This document shows positions 13,382 to 30,924 of a stretch of 64,000 nucleotides of DNA, piece by piece. Location: assembly GCA_951406725.2 (NCBI GenBank), contig OX597840.1:16368001-16432000 (forward strand), given 5' to 3'. Position numbers and translations under genes: made by a program. Position 1 is the first letter of the stretch; every line of letters starts with the position of its first letter. The notes under the pieces were generated by a model. It had not been told where the DNA came from and ran no database searches. It saw nothing but the letters and a program-made list of their open reading frames with translations. Origin of the DNA: Octopus vulgaris. Its lineage: Eukaryota.

Positions 13382-13611
13382 CCTATTTCTTTACTACCCA
13401 CAAGGGGCTAAACACAGAGAAGACAAACAAGGACAGACAAACAGATTAAGTCGATTACATCGACCCCAGTGCTTAACTGGTACTTAATTTATCGACCCCG
13501 AAAGGATGAAAGGCAAAGTCGACCTCGGTGGAATTTGAACTCAGAACGTAACGGCAGACAAAATACGGCTACGTATTTCGCCCGGCGTGCTAACGTTTCT
13601 ACCAGCTCGCC
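13382..13611 (-). mobile_element. tRNA-derived SINE (family B, gcctttcatcct...ggggtcgataaattaagtacc core) inserted in an RTE 3' UTR
   Basis: Flanked by the duplication ccagtcaaacc (13373-13383, 13619-13629). Other copies near 2800-2970, 36380-36580, 37340-37520, 43638-44015, 50290-50500, 53955-54160, 56545-56765, 56803-57015, 58990-59180 and 60025-60240. Confidence 0.85.
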
Positions 13612-13678
13612 GTTTCTACCAGTCAAACCGTCCAACCCATGCTAGCATAGAAAACGGAGTTAAATGATGATGATGATG

Positions 13679-13719
<41 letters not shown>

Positions 13720-13723
13720 AATG

Positions 13724-13758
<35 letters not shown>

Positions 13759-13916
13759 AATTTCAACAATATTAAGGAATGGCCCTGATAGGCCATTCGA
13801 CTCACCAGAAAGAGCAGCCAAACTCAAACCGCTAAATAGTTGTAATTCTGAAACTAAAGGAGAAATAAAAACATTTACCCTTATCATCTATGGACTATGC
13901 ATAGTTTCGACACTTA

Positions 13917-14507
<591 letters not shown>

Positions 14508-14961
14508 GCAAGAAAAAAGCATCATTAGAGAACATTTGAAGTCTGCTTACAATCTAACTTTGCTTTTCATAGAACTCTCTTCGATACTTCATGAGTGTAG
14601 CCTCACCCCCTAGGATGTTTGGAAAACTCTTATGTGTTTTGGCTGATGAATACGGGACACTTGTATTTGCTGCAATATTTGCAGCTTTTAATAAAGCTGT
14701 TCTTTGTATGAAACAATTGTACTGAACAACTAATCCATTCTTGTTGCTTTTTTCTTCTTTATAATCACCCCACATTATTTTATGGTTGATACCATAAAGA
14801 TTTCTGGTGCATCTAAGTTAAGTACCGCATTCATGTGAATTCATTGGAACTCACTTGAATCTTAATTGTTTTTACTGAAATTATATATATATATGTATAT
14901 ATATATGTATATATATAGGTATATATATAGGTATATATATATATGTATATATAAATATGTA

Positions 14962-14992
<31 letters not shown>

Positions 14993-15065
14993 ATAAATAT
15001 GTATATATATATATGTATATATATATATGTATATATATATGTATATATATATGTATGTATATATA

Positions 15066-15110
<45 letters not shown>

Positions 15111-15659
15111 ATATATATATATGTATATATATATGTGTGTATATGTATATATATATATATATATGTATATTTTTATATATGTGTATATTTTTATATATGT
15201 ATATATTTATATATATATGTATATATATATATGTATATATATGTATATATATATATATACATATATACACACATATATATACGACGGATTTCCTTCAGTT
15301 TCCGTTTACCAAATCCACTCACAAGACTGGTCAGCCTGAGGCTGTAATAGAAGACACTTGCCCAAGGTGCCATGCATTGAGACTGAACCCAGGACCACGT
15401 GGGTGGTAAGCTACTTACCACATAGTCACTATATATATATATATATCTTTTATCTTTATATTTTTATATATATATCTTTATATATATTTATATATATCTA
15501 TATATATATCTTTTACATGTTTCAGTCATTATACTGTGGCCATGCTGGAGTCCTGCCTTGGAGAAATTTTCAGTCAAATAAAATGACCCCAGTACTTATT
15601 ATTTTAGATCTAGTACGTATTCTAGATAGACAGTAACTGTTGTTTAGTAATCATCTTTG

Positions 15660-16190
15660 GAAGACTTGCATGTGGGTTGCAAACCCTGCTCATGGTCTTT
15701 AGCAGTGATGACACCTGCCGCCGGCGAAGTTTCTTGACACAATGGAGAAGTGATGCCTTTCCTGTGCTTTTTCAGGTTCTCTCCATTGTTTCTCCTCAAT
15801 GGCTGAAATTTCAAGGTTCAGCAATTGGTGCCATTCATCATACCACGGTGCCTTCTCCTCCCAGGTGTCTGGGGAGATGCTGGAGTTTTTTGTTATGTCT
15901 CTCCAGCACATGGTCACCATGGATCCTCCTACCCTGATGCAGTTTAGCATAGAAAAACCACTTTTAAAAGCATGCCACCCTCCACCCTGCAAACATATCT
16001 CATCCAGTGCAGCTGTGATGAGATAATACGGGCTTCCACCCTTAACTGTGCCAGTGTGACACATGACCTCTACATCAAGAATGCAACCCAGCCGTCTGAT
16101 ACACAAGATGTTGCAGACAACAAATTTGGATTTGTGTCATGGCCTTGGTCTGCATGTGATAGAGGGCATAGAAGAGCATAGAAGAGGCAA
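15660..16190 (-). mobile_element. Decayed RTE (BovB-like) LINE C-terminal fragment
   Basis: Minus frame ISPDTWEEKAPWYDEWHQLL resembles ISPDTWEGIATDRSR in the 51.2-52.0 kb copy. Confidence 0.6.
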
Positions 16191-16249
16191 GGGAACTTTA
16201 CACCTTTATTTTCATGTTGCAGGCAATGTCATAGCATTTTAATTCATTT

Positions 16250-18890
<2,641 letters not shown>

Positions 18891-19069
18891 AATATATATT
18901 TTTTATTATTATTCTCTTTCTCTTTATCTCTTTTACATGTTTCAGTCATTTGACTGCGGCCATGCTGGAGCACCGCCTTTAGTCGAGCAAATCGACCCCG
19001 GGACTTATTCATTGTAAGCCTAGTACTTATTCTATCGGACTCTTTTGCCGAACTGCTAAGTAACGCTAA

Positions 19070-19138
<69 letters not shown>

Positions 19139-21829
19139 CCAAATAATTAAGTATAATAAAAATATATGGCTCCCCACAATTGACATAATTTCTGCTGAGT
19201 GTTGCTGTAGACCAATTAATGTGCTCCTGACGCCAATTGTCTGTTTAAACCTAAGTTTTTTTTTCTAAGCTTCTTTCTTTTATCATGTGACAAGACTATA
19301 AATTATATCTTCTTCCCCACCTTAGTCTATACTATAAGTGTTTGCCAGCTCTTGAAACAGCACATCACTTGATTTGTATACTGGTGCCTTAACTTCAAAA
19401 TTCCTCTAGTCTGAATACTGGCCACTCATGGCTGGCTATATTTAATTTAGCTTTGATGAGTTTTAAAAATCCATTTAATATATGATGAAACAAATTTAAA
19501 TTCCATTTGTCTGTTTATTCTCTCTCTCTCTTACTCTTACTTGTTTCAGTCATTTGACTGCGGCCATGCTGGAGCACCGCCTTTAGTTGAGTAAATCGCC
19601 CCCAGGACTTATTCATTGTAAGCCTAGTACTTATTCTATCGGTCTCTTTTATCGAACCACTAAGTTACGGGGACGTAAACACACCAGCATCGGTTGTCAA
19701 GCGATGTTGGTGGTGGTGGTGGGGGAACAAACACAGACACACAAACATACACACACACATATACGATGGGCTTCTTTCAGTTTCCTTCTACCAAATCCAC
19801 TCACAAGGCTTTGGTCAGCCCGAGGCTATAGTAGAAGACACTTGCCCAAGGTGCCATGCAGTGGGACTGAACCCAGAACCATGTGGTTGGTAAGCAAGCT
19901 ACTTACCACACAGCCACTCCTCCACCTATTTCTATATATAAATATATAAAACACATGGATTAAACTCTCCATATACTAATCAAATTGCTTGTAGAACAAT
20001 GAACACCTAGAGAGAAACATACAGACCAACAACCTTTCCACCTCCCCAAATCCTTTTGTGAGTATCAAAGCGGGGGGGGGGGGCTGATTCATTCCACTAA
20101 AAATGTGTATATATGTATATATATATATATATGTATATTTTTATATATGTATATATTTATATATATATGTATATATATATATACATATATATATAATAAC
20201 AACAAGTAAAGAAACTGGCCATCTGAAAAATACCACCTGCTTACATTCTTTTGTGAATCCTTAAAAAAATTGCCTTTACAAAAATGTTGACACACCCAGT
20301 TATTAATGTTTTAAATAATGGACTTTCTATCTTTGTGTGCCTTTGTGCCTGTGTTTGTTCCTCATCACTACTTGACAGGTGTTGATATGTTAACATCCCC
20401 ATAACTTAGTGGCTTGGCAAAACAGTCAGATAGAATAAGTAAGTAGCAGGTATAAAAAGAAAATTAAGTGCTGGGGGTGGGTGGCGGGGGGGGGGCTGAT
20501 TCATTCCATTAAACATTCTTCACTGTTGTGCTCCAGTATGACAACAGCCTAATGACTGAAACAAGTAAAAGATTAAAGATAGGAGTGGCTGTGTGGTAAG
20601 TAGCTTGCTTACCAACCACATGGTTCCAGGTTCAGTCCCGCTGCGTGGCACCTTGGGCAAGTATCTTCTATAGCTTCGGGATGACCAAAGCCTTGTAAGT
20701 GAATTTGGTAGACGGAAACTGAAAGCAGCCTGTCGAATATATATATATGACTGAAACAATGACTGAAACAAGTAAAAGAGTATACTATATAATACATACA
20801 TTTTCACACACACTTGCATACACATGCACTTAGTTACTGGATAGCCACCATTACCCAGGGAACGCATGACTATGTTCTGTTTTATAGAAATAATTCATAG
20901 ATTTATTTCTCTGAAATACTGCATATATATTGTTTGTCATGAAGCTACATGTTTTAAAAATAAGATTTTTTTCGATCCTGATGATGGAGGCTCGATTTAT
21001 TCAATGTTGATCGCTTCCATTGCAGGCACATATTGTGATGAACTACATCTACCAACATTATTTATGGATCTCTGAGCCCCCAGAAACAGTTGTTGCACTT
21101 ATAACACCTTACCCCTCCCCTTTAACTTTCTCTGTCATTTGTATTCTGTGTAAGTTTGATCTATAAATATATAAGGGGAGGTCAAAATTATCTGTACTTT
21201 TGCCATAACATATCTTTGTTATTGTTACATTGCCTTCTGTGCATGCGTGCTTTTTGTTGGTACTACTGTGGTCATGTGATCGAAGTTTGGGCCTAATATC
21301 ACCATTCAAACAAGATATAAGATACAAAATTCTCAATAAAGATCTCCATGATAAACAACATCCTTGATTTAGTTTCCATCTTAAGGCTTAAAATATTGTT
21401 TGTTCTGACTGCCAACTTGTGAATAGCTAACATGTAGCTGTCTAAGGAAGAAGCAGGTCTCTTCCATGTCTAATGCACTTTCTTGCATTGAGTGGCTTTT
21501 GAATGATGCCACCCTGCTGGTTAGATGGGCAGATCAACCGTTTCTCTTAAATAGAATGCCACTCTGTGGCAGGGTTACCTGTTTACAGCTATGTGGACTG
21601 GAACAATGTGGAATGAAGTGTTTTACTCAAGAACACAATGGACTACTTGTTTGGGGATTTAAACCATGATCTTGCAACTATGAATGCAACTACCAGGCCA
21701 CTTGCTTTACACAACAATTATATAGCAGTGGTAAACCTTGATGTGATGAAATGTTTACCAAACAAGAACCATGACACAGAAATACTTCTAAATATTGTAG
21801 TAAGATTTGTTGAAAAATATATATTATAA

Positions 21830-22070
21830 GGAAAAACACAACCTCTGTGCAATATGTGGGAAATAGATTGTTTAGGACAGAACTTTCAATACAATAGGTA
21901 AAAGAATGCAAATTACATGGGAAACTATTCACTAAGAATTTGACACCTGTCACCCGGAAAAGTAATTATGTTGGAGAAAAATCCTGTCATTGTGTATTAT
22001 GAAGGAAAACCTTTTTTTAACAGTTCCTTTAACAAGCACAGGCATGAATCTACTGTGAAGAAATTTAATG
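21830..22070 (+). pseudogene. Possible decayed C2H2 zinc-finger array remnant
   Basis: Fragments CAICGK*, ECKLHGKLFTKNLTPVTRKSNYVGEKSCHCVL*RKTFF and, after a frameshift, NSSFNKHRHESTVKKF. Finger-like spacing and a GEK linker, but several Zn ligands are lost. Confidence 0.4.
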
Positions 22071-22949
22071 TTCTTAACGGTGAAAAATTTAGACATGTTG
22101 AGATATATGCATTTATCTATAAACACTGATGGAAAAGAGAAACATACTCACCTAAACATACATGCTCATGAGTGTATATATTTGTTCATTAAAAACTATC
22201 AGCCATAATCTTGGTCAGTGGTTCTTAACAGGTTAATATTATCAATACTTAATTGAAGTCAATTACAACAGAATCAAGTTTATGTAAAGTAACTCTAAAA
22301 TTAAAAATTCTATATACTAGTGTAAAATTACTTCTGGTAATGAAGTATTTTTTTATAGAGGAAGCTCATCTTCTCAGTTATGTAAAAGAATTTCTAATCA
22401 TTACTCTACATTTAGGGATAGGAATAAACGTAACAGTACAGGGCTTACTAAATTAATTTGTTATCTAAAAGACCACAATAAACAATTTAATTTAGATTGG
22501 TTGATTCTCTCAATCTCAATACCTTATGACAAAGGCAAGGAATTCTGTCTTCTCTGTAATTCTGAACTAATTTTTATTCTTTTTTCTAAAAATCACCTTG
22601 TAAACATGGTTATAGATCGTGCATACTGATGTAAACATTGACTGAAACACACCTTTAGTTCATATAAGTGATATCTGTCATTATATATAATTTAAACATT
22701 AATTTTCTTCTTACATTTCACACTCACTAGATATATCTTTTTCCAAGTCTATATGGTTTTATTTAATATACATATAGTTATATACTTCTCATTTATTTGG
22801 GTTTTTCCCCCCTCCTCTTTCTATAGGCTACCTTGACATTATATCCTCTAACATTTTTTTTAAAACAAACTTAATAGCCTTCAGTTAATCACTATACATA
22901 TCCATCATTTTCTGTTAAAATGTCTTATTGACGAGTTTCATTTCTTCAA

Positions 22950-22992
22950 TTCTCTGAAGAGAAGATTGATTTCTTTGAAACATGTGTTGGAA
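22950..22992 (+). ncRNA. Degenerate minimal hammerhead motif in an AT-rich Penelope-like remnant
   Basis: ttct-CTGAAGA-gaaga(ttgatt)tcttt-GAAA-catgtgtt-ggaa, with palindromic acatgt as helix III. Confidence 0.45.
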
Positions 22993-23233
22993 GTAAAAGA
23001 ATTTGAATAACACCTGCATTTAACTCCATTTATTTGTTTATTTATATATATATATTATATAAAATGTTTCACTTAAACCTGAAGTTTCTACCTTTAAAAA
23101 CAAGGAGTTACAACCTTTTTACTTGTGTGATTTTTGGCTACCTGGATAACTATTTATCTATTTTTTCTGTGTTCATTTTTAAAAAGAGAAAAATACTCAT
23201 ATCTATATCTGTATCTATATCTATATCTATCTA

Positions 23234-23345
<112 letters not shown>

Positions 23346-23570
23346 GTTGAAATTTACAGCAAAACAAAAGATGAAGACAGGTGTATGAACAACAAGCAGG
23401 TGTATTAGCTTGATGCAAGGGAAAGTGAGGAAGTCTTTTATGTTTTGAGCCTATACTCTTTCAACAGAAAGGAATAAGAGAAAATAAACAGAGCGAGAAT
23501 AAAAAACACCTGTTGATTTAGTGACCAATATATATATTTTTTTAAATTTTTGTAAATGTGTATAGAATAA

Positions 23571-23831
23571 TATATCAGTTGAAAAAAGTTAAAGCATGGT
23601 CCGGTTTTTGCGTTTTTTTATTATGGTATTTTAACATAAAAAAAATATTTTGTGATGCTCATAAAGTTAAATTAGCACTTTCATACATAGTGTCATCATT
23701 ATTACACTTTATATGAAAGCGCTAATTTAACTTTATGAGCATCACAAAATATTTTTTTATATTAAAATACCATAATAAAAAAAAACCGCAAAAACATGGT
23801 TTTTGCATTTTAACTTTATTCAACTGATATA
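23571..23831. repeat. Fold-back palindrome, ~125-bp arms
   Basis: ttattatggtattttaa...tgtgatgctcataaagttaaattagc is mirrored by gctaatttaactttatgagcatcaca...ttaaaataccataataa. Confidence 0.85.
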
Positions 23832-23838
23832 TAATGTA

Positions 23839-23893
<55 letters not shown>

Positions 23894-24089
23894 ATATATA
23901 TATATGTATATATATACATATATATATGCATGTATATTTACACACACACACATACACACACACACACATATATATCTATACACACACACACATATATCTA
24001 TACATACATATATATATATATGTATATATGTATGCAGATATATATAGATATATATATATATATATATATATGCATGTATATATATATAT

Positions 24090-26002
24090 AAAGGTTACAG
24101 AGAGGGTCATAGCCCAACTGATTAGGGAGAGAGTCAACTTGGACGAGATGCAGTTTAGATTCGTGCCAGGGAAAAGCACAACTGATGCCATATTTCTGTT
24201 GAGACAGCTGCAGGAGAAATACCTAGCCAAAGATAAGCCCCTGTACCTGGCTTTCGTTGACATGGAGAAAGCCTTTGACAGGGTCCCCAGATCCCTTATC
24301 TGGTGGTCAATGAGGAAACTAGGGATAGATGAATGGCTGGTGAGAGCTGTGCAAGCCATGTACAGGGATGCCGTAAGTAAGGTTAGGGTTGGCAACATGT
24401 ACACAGAAGAATTCAAAGTAGAGGTTGGGGTCCACCAGGGTTCAGTCCTCAGCCCCCTCCTATTTATCATAGTCCTCCAGGCAATTACGGAGGAATTCAA
24501 GACAGGTTGCCCCTGGGAGCTCCTCTATGCTGACGACCTTGCTCTAATTACTGAGTCACTATCAGAACTGGAGGAGAAGTTCCAGGTGTGGAAGGAGGGA
24601 TTAGAATTGAGGGGCTTTAGAGTCAACCTAGCTAAAACCAAAGTACTAATAAGTAGGAAGGTAGACAAACCACAAATGTCTTCAGGAAGATGGCCCTGCT
24701 AGATCTGTAGAAAAGGTGTAGGTAGAAGCTCTATAAGATGTACCCAGTGTAAGCTATGGACACATAAGAGGTGCAGCAATGTCAAAGGAAGGCTAACTGG
24801 GAAGATAGTTTTTGTATGTGGCAGATGCTCGGGAGCAATAAACTCTGAAAATCTGCAGAAAACAACTTCCGTCACTTTCCAGGGGGAAAAACTAGAAGTA
24901 GTTGATAGCTTCCGTTATCTAGGTGACCAAGTCAGTAGTGGGGGTGGGTGCGCAGAAAGTGTAACTGCTAGAGTAAGAATAGCTTGGGCAAAGTTCAGGG
25001 AGCTCTTACCTCTGCTGGTGACTAAAGGCCTCTCGCTCAGAGTAAAAGGTAGACTGTATGATGCATGTGTATGAACAGCCATGCTACATGGCAGTGAAAC
25101 ATGGGCCGTGACTGCTGAGGACATGCATAAGCTCACGAGGAATGAAGCCAGTATGCTCCGATGGATGTGTAATGTCAGTGTGCATACTCGACAGCGTTAG
25201 TACTTTGAGAGAAATGTTGGACTTAAGAAGCATCAGTTGTGGTGTGCAAGAGAGACGTTTGCGTTGGTATGGTCATGTGGTGAGAATGGATGAAGATAGT
25301 TGTGTGAAAAAGTGCCTCACCCTAGCAGTTGAGGGAACCCATGGAAGAGGTAGACCCAGGATAACCTGGGACGAGGTGGTGAAGCATGACCTTCGAACTT
25401 TAGGCCTCACTGAGGATATGACCAGCGACCGAGACCTTTGGAAATATGCTGTGCGTGAGAAGACCAGGCAGGACAAGTGAGTCCAGCCCACTTATGCATG
25501 CCTTTCCTCCCTTGGACACACAAAGACCTGTTGAGGCAAGCGAAGTCAAAATCGAACCTCATCCGATGACAGGCACCCATGCCAAACCCCCTTTGCTTGC
25601 GAACACCGGTTGGGGCAAGTGAAATCGGAATCGAAATTGAACCAATCCTATGACTGGCACCCGGCAGATGTCAGGACCCCTGGACTGGTGGTACGTAAAA
25701 AGCACTATCCGAATCGTGGCTGATGCCAGCGCCGCCTCGAATGGCTTCCGTGCCGGTGGCACGTAAAATGCACCAATCCGACCGTGGCCGTTGCCAGCCT
25801 CGCCTGGCACCTGTGCAGGTGGCACGTAAAAAGCACGCACTACACTCACGGAGTGGTTGGCGTTAGGAAGGGCATCCAGCTGTAGAAACACTGCCAGATA
25901 AGACTGGAGCCTGGTGCAGCCTTCTGGCTTCCCAGATCCCCGGTCGAACCGTCCAACCCATGCTAGCATGGAGAACGGTCGTTAAACGATGATGATGATG
26001 AT
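24090..26002 (+). mobile_element. 5'-truncated RTE LINE: RT domain, C-terminus, 3' UTR and (GAT)n tail
   Basis: QFRFVPGKSTTDAIF, FVDMEKAFDRV, GVHQGSVLSPLLF, YADD, RRLRWYGHVVRM, GRGRPRITW; few stops or frameshifts. Confidence 0.97.
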
Positions 26003-26022
26003 ATATACATAAATATATATAC

Positions 26023-26244
26023 GGTGTTAGGAAACATCTAGAAATTGCTAGAAATAAGAGCTAAACCACTCTAATGCTGTAGTTAATGCACATGAATGAA
26101 AACATGTACACTAACAGCAACCATAATTGTACGAAAAGTGCTGATCGAGTGCTCTGTTAGTGTATGTTTTCATTCATGCGTGTTAACTACAGTATTAGAG
26201 TGGTTTAACTATTATTTCTAGCAATGTAGGTGTTTCCTAATACC
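26023..26244. repeat. Fold-back palindrome between two tandem RTE copies
   Basis: ggtgttaggaaaca...tacactaacag is mirrored by ctgttagtgta...tgtttcctaatacc. Confidence 0.8.
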
Positions 26245-26264
26245 CTTGTCACGTTTAGTGAGAT

Positions 26265-27470
26265 TCAGGTGTGGAAGCAAGGTCTAGAATCATAAGGCCT
26301 TAGAGTCAACCTAGCAAAAACTAAAGTCTTAATAAGTAGGAAGGCAGACAAACCACAAATCACTTCAAGTTGATGGCCCTTTCAAACTGTTGAAAAGGTG
26401 TAGGTAGAAACTCCATAAGGTGTACCCAGTGTAAGCTATGGACACATAAGAGGTGCAACAATATCAAAGGAAGGATAACTGGAAAGATAGTTTTTGTTTG
26501 TAGCAAATGCTCAGGAGCAATAAATGCTGAAAATGTGCAGAGAACAGCTTCCGTCACATTCCAGGGGGAAAAACTAGAAGTAGCTGATAGCTCCCATTAC
26601 AGTAGCAGGGGTGGATGCTTTGGAAGTATGGCTGCTAGAGTAAGAATAGCCTGGGAAAAGTTCAGAGAGCACCTACTTCTACTGGTGACAAAGGGCCTCT
26701 CGCTCAGAGTAAAAGGTAGACTGTATGACACATGGTAGGGAAACATGGGCCGTGACTGTTGGGGACATGCATGAGCTTGCAAGGAATGAAGCTAGTATGC
26801 CCCACCGGATGTGTAATGCCAGTGTGCATACACAACAAAGTGTAAGTGCCCTGAGAGTTGGACTTAAGAAGCATCAGATGTGGTGTGCAAGAGAGACAAC
26901 TGCACTGGTATGGTCATGTGTTGCAAATGGAAGAGGACAGCTGCATGAAAAAGTGTCACACCCTAGCTAGCAGTAGAGGAAACCTGTGGAAGAGGTAGAC
27001 CCAGGAAGACCTAGGATGAGGTATTGAAGCATGACCTTCAAACATTGGGTCTCACCGAGGCAACGACAAGTGACTGAAGTCTTTGGAGGTATGCTGTGCT
27101 TGAGGAGACCCGGCAAGCCAAGTGAGACCATAACCTCGTGGCCTATGCCAGTGCAGCATAACCATCCCATTTAAGAGTACCCTTCAATCATTGGGCAATA
27201 AACTGTGCTTGAGAAGATCTGTCGAGGCAAGTGAAATCATTGTCATGGCCACCTGATTGGCACCTGTGCCTGTGGCACGTTAAAAGCACCATTCGAGCCA
27301 TTGCCAGTGCCGCCTGACTGGCTCCTGTGCCAGTGACACATAAAAAGCACCATTTGAATATGGTCAATGCCAGTACTGCCTGACTGGCCCTCGGGCCGGT
27401 GGCATGTAAAAAGCACCCACCACACTCTCAGAGTGGTTGGCGTTAGGAAGGGCATCCAGCTATAGAAACT
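26265..27470 (+). mobile_element. Second, more decayed RTE LINE copy
   Basis: Colinear with about 24580-25890, with deletions and frameshifts. Confidence 0.92.
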
Positions 27471-27738
27471 TACCACACAGCCACTCCTTTATGTATGCAT
27501 GTATGTATGTATGTATGTATGTATGTATATGGATGCACGGAGGGCTAGATGGATGGATGAGGTTGCTGATATTTCATAGAATATTAAAGACACATGGTAT
27601 GCAAATTAGTGGTGCCAGTTTTTTGAAGCAACTGGATTTGTTGTGTATGTGAATGGAATAGTCACTTGTTTGTCTGAGATTGGTTAAGTGAAAAAGATAT
27701 CTCTGCTGACACCCTAATGAGGGTCAAAAATTGATTAA

Positions 27739-27957
27739 CCCTTTAGTGTTCAGATTATTCTATCAAACATAATGCCTATTGATTCCCATTAATTTGAATT
27801 AATCATGCATTATCTCATATCTTCAAGATCTTGATGGTGTAATTACTTAATGTAGAATAACATTGTAGGGTAGGTGTGAGAGTCTGGATCTGGTCAGTTT
27901 GAACATAAAACAGATTAAATATTTTGGCCGGATATGGCCAGTTTAAATACTAATGGG
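27739..27957. mobile_element. piggyBac-type MITE
   Basis: TTAA|ccctttagtgtt ... aatactaatggg|TTAA. Confidence 0.75.
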
Positions 27958-28635
27958 TTAAAGTTGTTTGTTATTTTTGTTCCTCCAATCTACAGAGAAC
28001 TAGTCAAATTTATACATGTCTGCATGCCAATAATGTAGGCTTATACACACACACACACACACGGAGTGTCTGTAGCAAGATTTAAAACGTTTTTCGGTTT
28101 TCACAGCTGTATCATCTGAATATCTGTATATTTTATGTGTGTCTGTATGTGCGTATGTATTTACGTATGTGTGTGCGTGTACATGCGTCTGTGCGTGCGC
28201 GCGTGTCTGTGTGTGTATAAATATATATACATGTATACATACACTCAAACATTCTTTAACTTTGAAATATATAATGAACAACACTACCATCAAGAGCAAA
28301 GATTACAAATCTTTTGATTTGCAGACATCTTATAGCTTTGTGACTAAGGGTACTTCCCTTACTACTACAGCTACTATTACTACTACACAGAGGCTAATGT
28401 TGAAGGGCCGACTATACCCTCTCTTATCTTACATTTAAGAATGTACCTAGTCATCAGCCCATTTCTGTCCACTGGAACCAAATCGGTGTTGGTCTTAACT
28501 TTTATTGCATTCCACTTCTTATCTCTCCTACATCATGGCCTTATAGCTCATTTGTAGGGCCCTCTTCCCTGCATATATGCATACATACATATATACATAC
28601 ATACATACGTACATATATATATATATATATATACA

Positions 28636-28666
<31 letters not shown>

Positions 28667-30382
28667 CGTTAAACGATGATGATGATGATATATACTCTTA
28701 TACTCTTTTACTTGTTTCAGTCATTTGACTGTGGTCAAAGCCTTGTGAGTGGATTTGGTAGACGGAAACTGAAAAAAGCCTGTCATATATATGTGTGTGT
28801 GTGTGTGTGTGTGTATGTGTAAGTGTGTGTATATGTTTGTGTGTCTGTGTTTGTCGCCCCAACATCGCTTGTCAACCGATGTTGGTGTGTTTACGTGCCT
28901 GTCACTTAGCAGTTTGGCAAGAGAGACTGATAGAGTAAGTACTAGGCTTACAAAGAATAAGTCCTGGTGTCGATTTGCTTGACTAAAGGCTGTGCTCCAG
29001 CATGGCTGCAGTCAAATGACTGAAACAAATAAAAAAAAGAAAAAAGAATAATATGAAAAATGCATATGTACTTTATTGAACTGTAAATGAAAATACAATC
29101 TAAAATTAATGTAAAAATAAATACAAATGAAATTCCAAATACAACGAAAAATTGTTCTTGTGAAAAAAGTGTGATTGAAAATATGTTTTTAATCTTCACT
29201 GTCATATTCTTGAGTTTTCTGAGGAAAATGGTGAGATTTGTTTGAATAGTTTATTTCATTTTATCACCATTTATCTTATGATAACAACACACAGCATCTT
29301 GAATGATGCGTCAGCCTTTGCAAAGTGTTTGACTTTTTGTGTTCATAATTGCAGATGGTTGTAAGTTGCATAGGTTATAAGTCGAGGAGAAGGTATATAT
29401 GTATATCATCATCATTATCATTTAACGTTCGCTTTCCATGCTGGCATGGGTTGGACGGTTTGACTGGCTGCACCAGGCTCAAATCTAGTTTGGCCCTTCC
29501 TTATGCCAACCACTCCAAGAGTGTAGTGGGTGCTTTTTATGTGCCACCAGTATGAGGGCCAGTCAGGTGGTTCTGGCAACGACCACTCTCAAAAGGTGTT
29601 TTTATGTGCTACCTGCATGGGAGCCAGTCTGGCAGCACTGGCAACAACCATGTTCAAATGTTGATTTTCATGTGCCAGTAAGGCGACGCTGGCAACGATT
29701 ATGCTCAGATATGCTTTTAACGTTCTACTGGCATGAGTGCCAATCAGGTGGGACTGTCATTGGCCATGTCAGCAATTTTGATTTTGATTTTGATTTTAAT
29801 CTCACTTGCCACAATATGTCTTCATAAGCAAGGTTTATTGTCCAATAATTTTCCCATTACCATTTTGTTGAATCTTCCATTGATTCAGAATGGTAAATTC
29901 TGTATACTGAGATTCAGGATTTGACCAAACCATTCAGCCATGACATAATCATTACCAAAGAGCTTTAATTTCAAGCGAAACTAGAATTCTAGTATGATGA
30001 TCTCGCTGTGGGGCAGTCGGCTCCCCTGTCAGTACATAGATTTGTTTGTGCTTCTTTGTTGCTAAGAAGCAACAATGTAGATGCTACCCTGCACTGTCAC
30101 AATTAGTGACAACTGGATTCTGCTTGTTTGGTTTTATATTACTTATAGCTGCCTTCATTGTTTTACAACTTGTCTATTATATATCACTTTGTAAAAACCA
30201 GTTCATCTGAAGCCCATCCATGGATTTACAATATAGAATTGTGACAAACCATGACTTTGGGCCCTACCAAAAGATTACCTGGAGTTCTTCACTAATCTTA
30301 GTAATACTGTTAGCCTGGTGTGCCAACAGAGAGCTTATGAAGTATTTGGCCCAGATTGATAATCCCTCACTATATGCATACA

Positions 30383-30458
<76 letters not shown>

Positions 30459-30924
30459 CACACACATACATCATCATCATCATCGTGTAACATCCGCTTT
30501 CCATGCTGGCATAGGTTGGACGGTTTGACTGAGGTCTGGCAAGCCAGTGGGCTGCACCAGGCTCCATTCTGATCTGGCAGTTTCTACAGCTGGTTGCCCT
30601 TCCTAATGCCAACCATTCTGTGAGTGCAGTGGATGTTTTTTACATGTCACTGTGTCAGAGGGCACTGGCATCAACCACGTTTACACGGTGCTTTTTATGT
30701 GCCGCCAGCATGGGAGCCAATCTGAGGGCACTGGCATCGACTACATTTAGATGATGCTTTTTACATACCGCTAGCATGAGAGTCAGTCAGGGGGCACTGG
30801 CATTACCATGTTTGCATAGTGCTTTTTACATGCCACCAGCACAGGGAGCCAGTCAGGTAGCACTAGTATCAACCACGCTCAAATGATACTTATTACATGC
30901 CACCAGCACGGGTGCCAATCAGGT

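Noticed and set aside
20866-21336. Short ORFs in unique-looking sequence
   Set aside because: No recognisable domain or convincing splice-site pair.
26045-26065. gctagaaata resembling the Cas9 sgRNA scaffold; tandem units at 1095-1200 and 50516-50785 resembling CRISPR arrays
   Set aside because: Chance short match; the repeats have no unique spacers, and the context is eukaryotic with no cas genes.
27712-27740. ccctaatgaggg hammerhead-like string
   Set aside because: Core is mutated, GAAA is absent, and it runs into a piggyBac MITE end.
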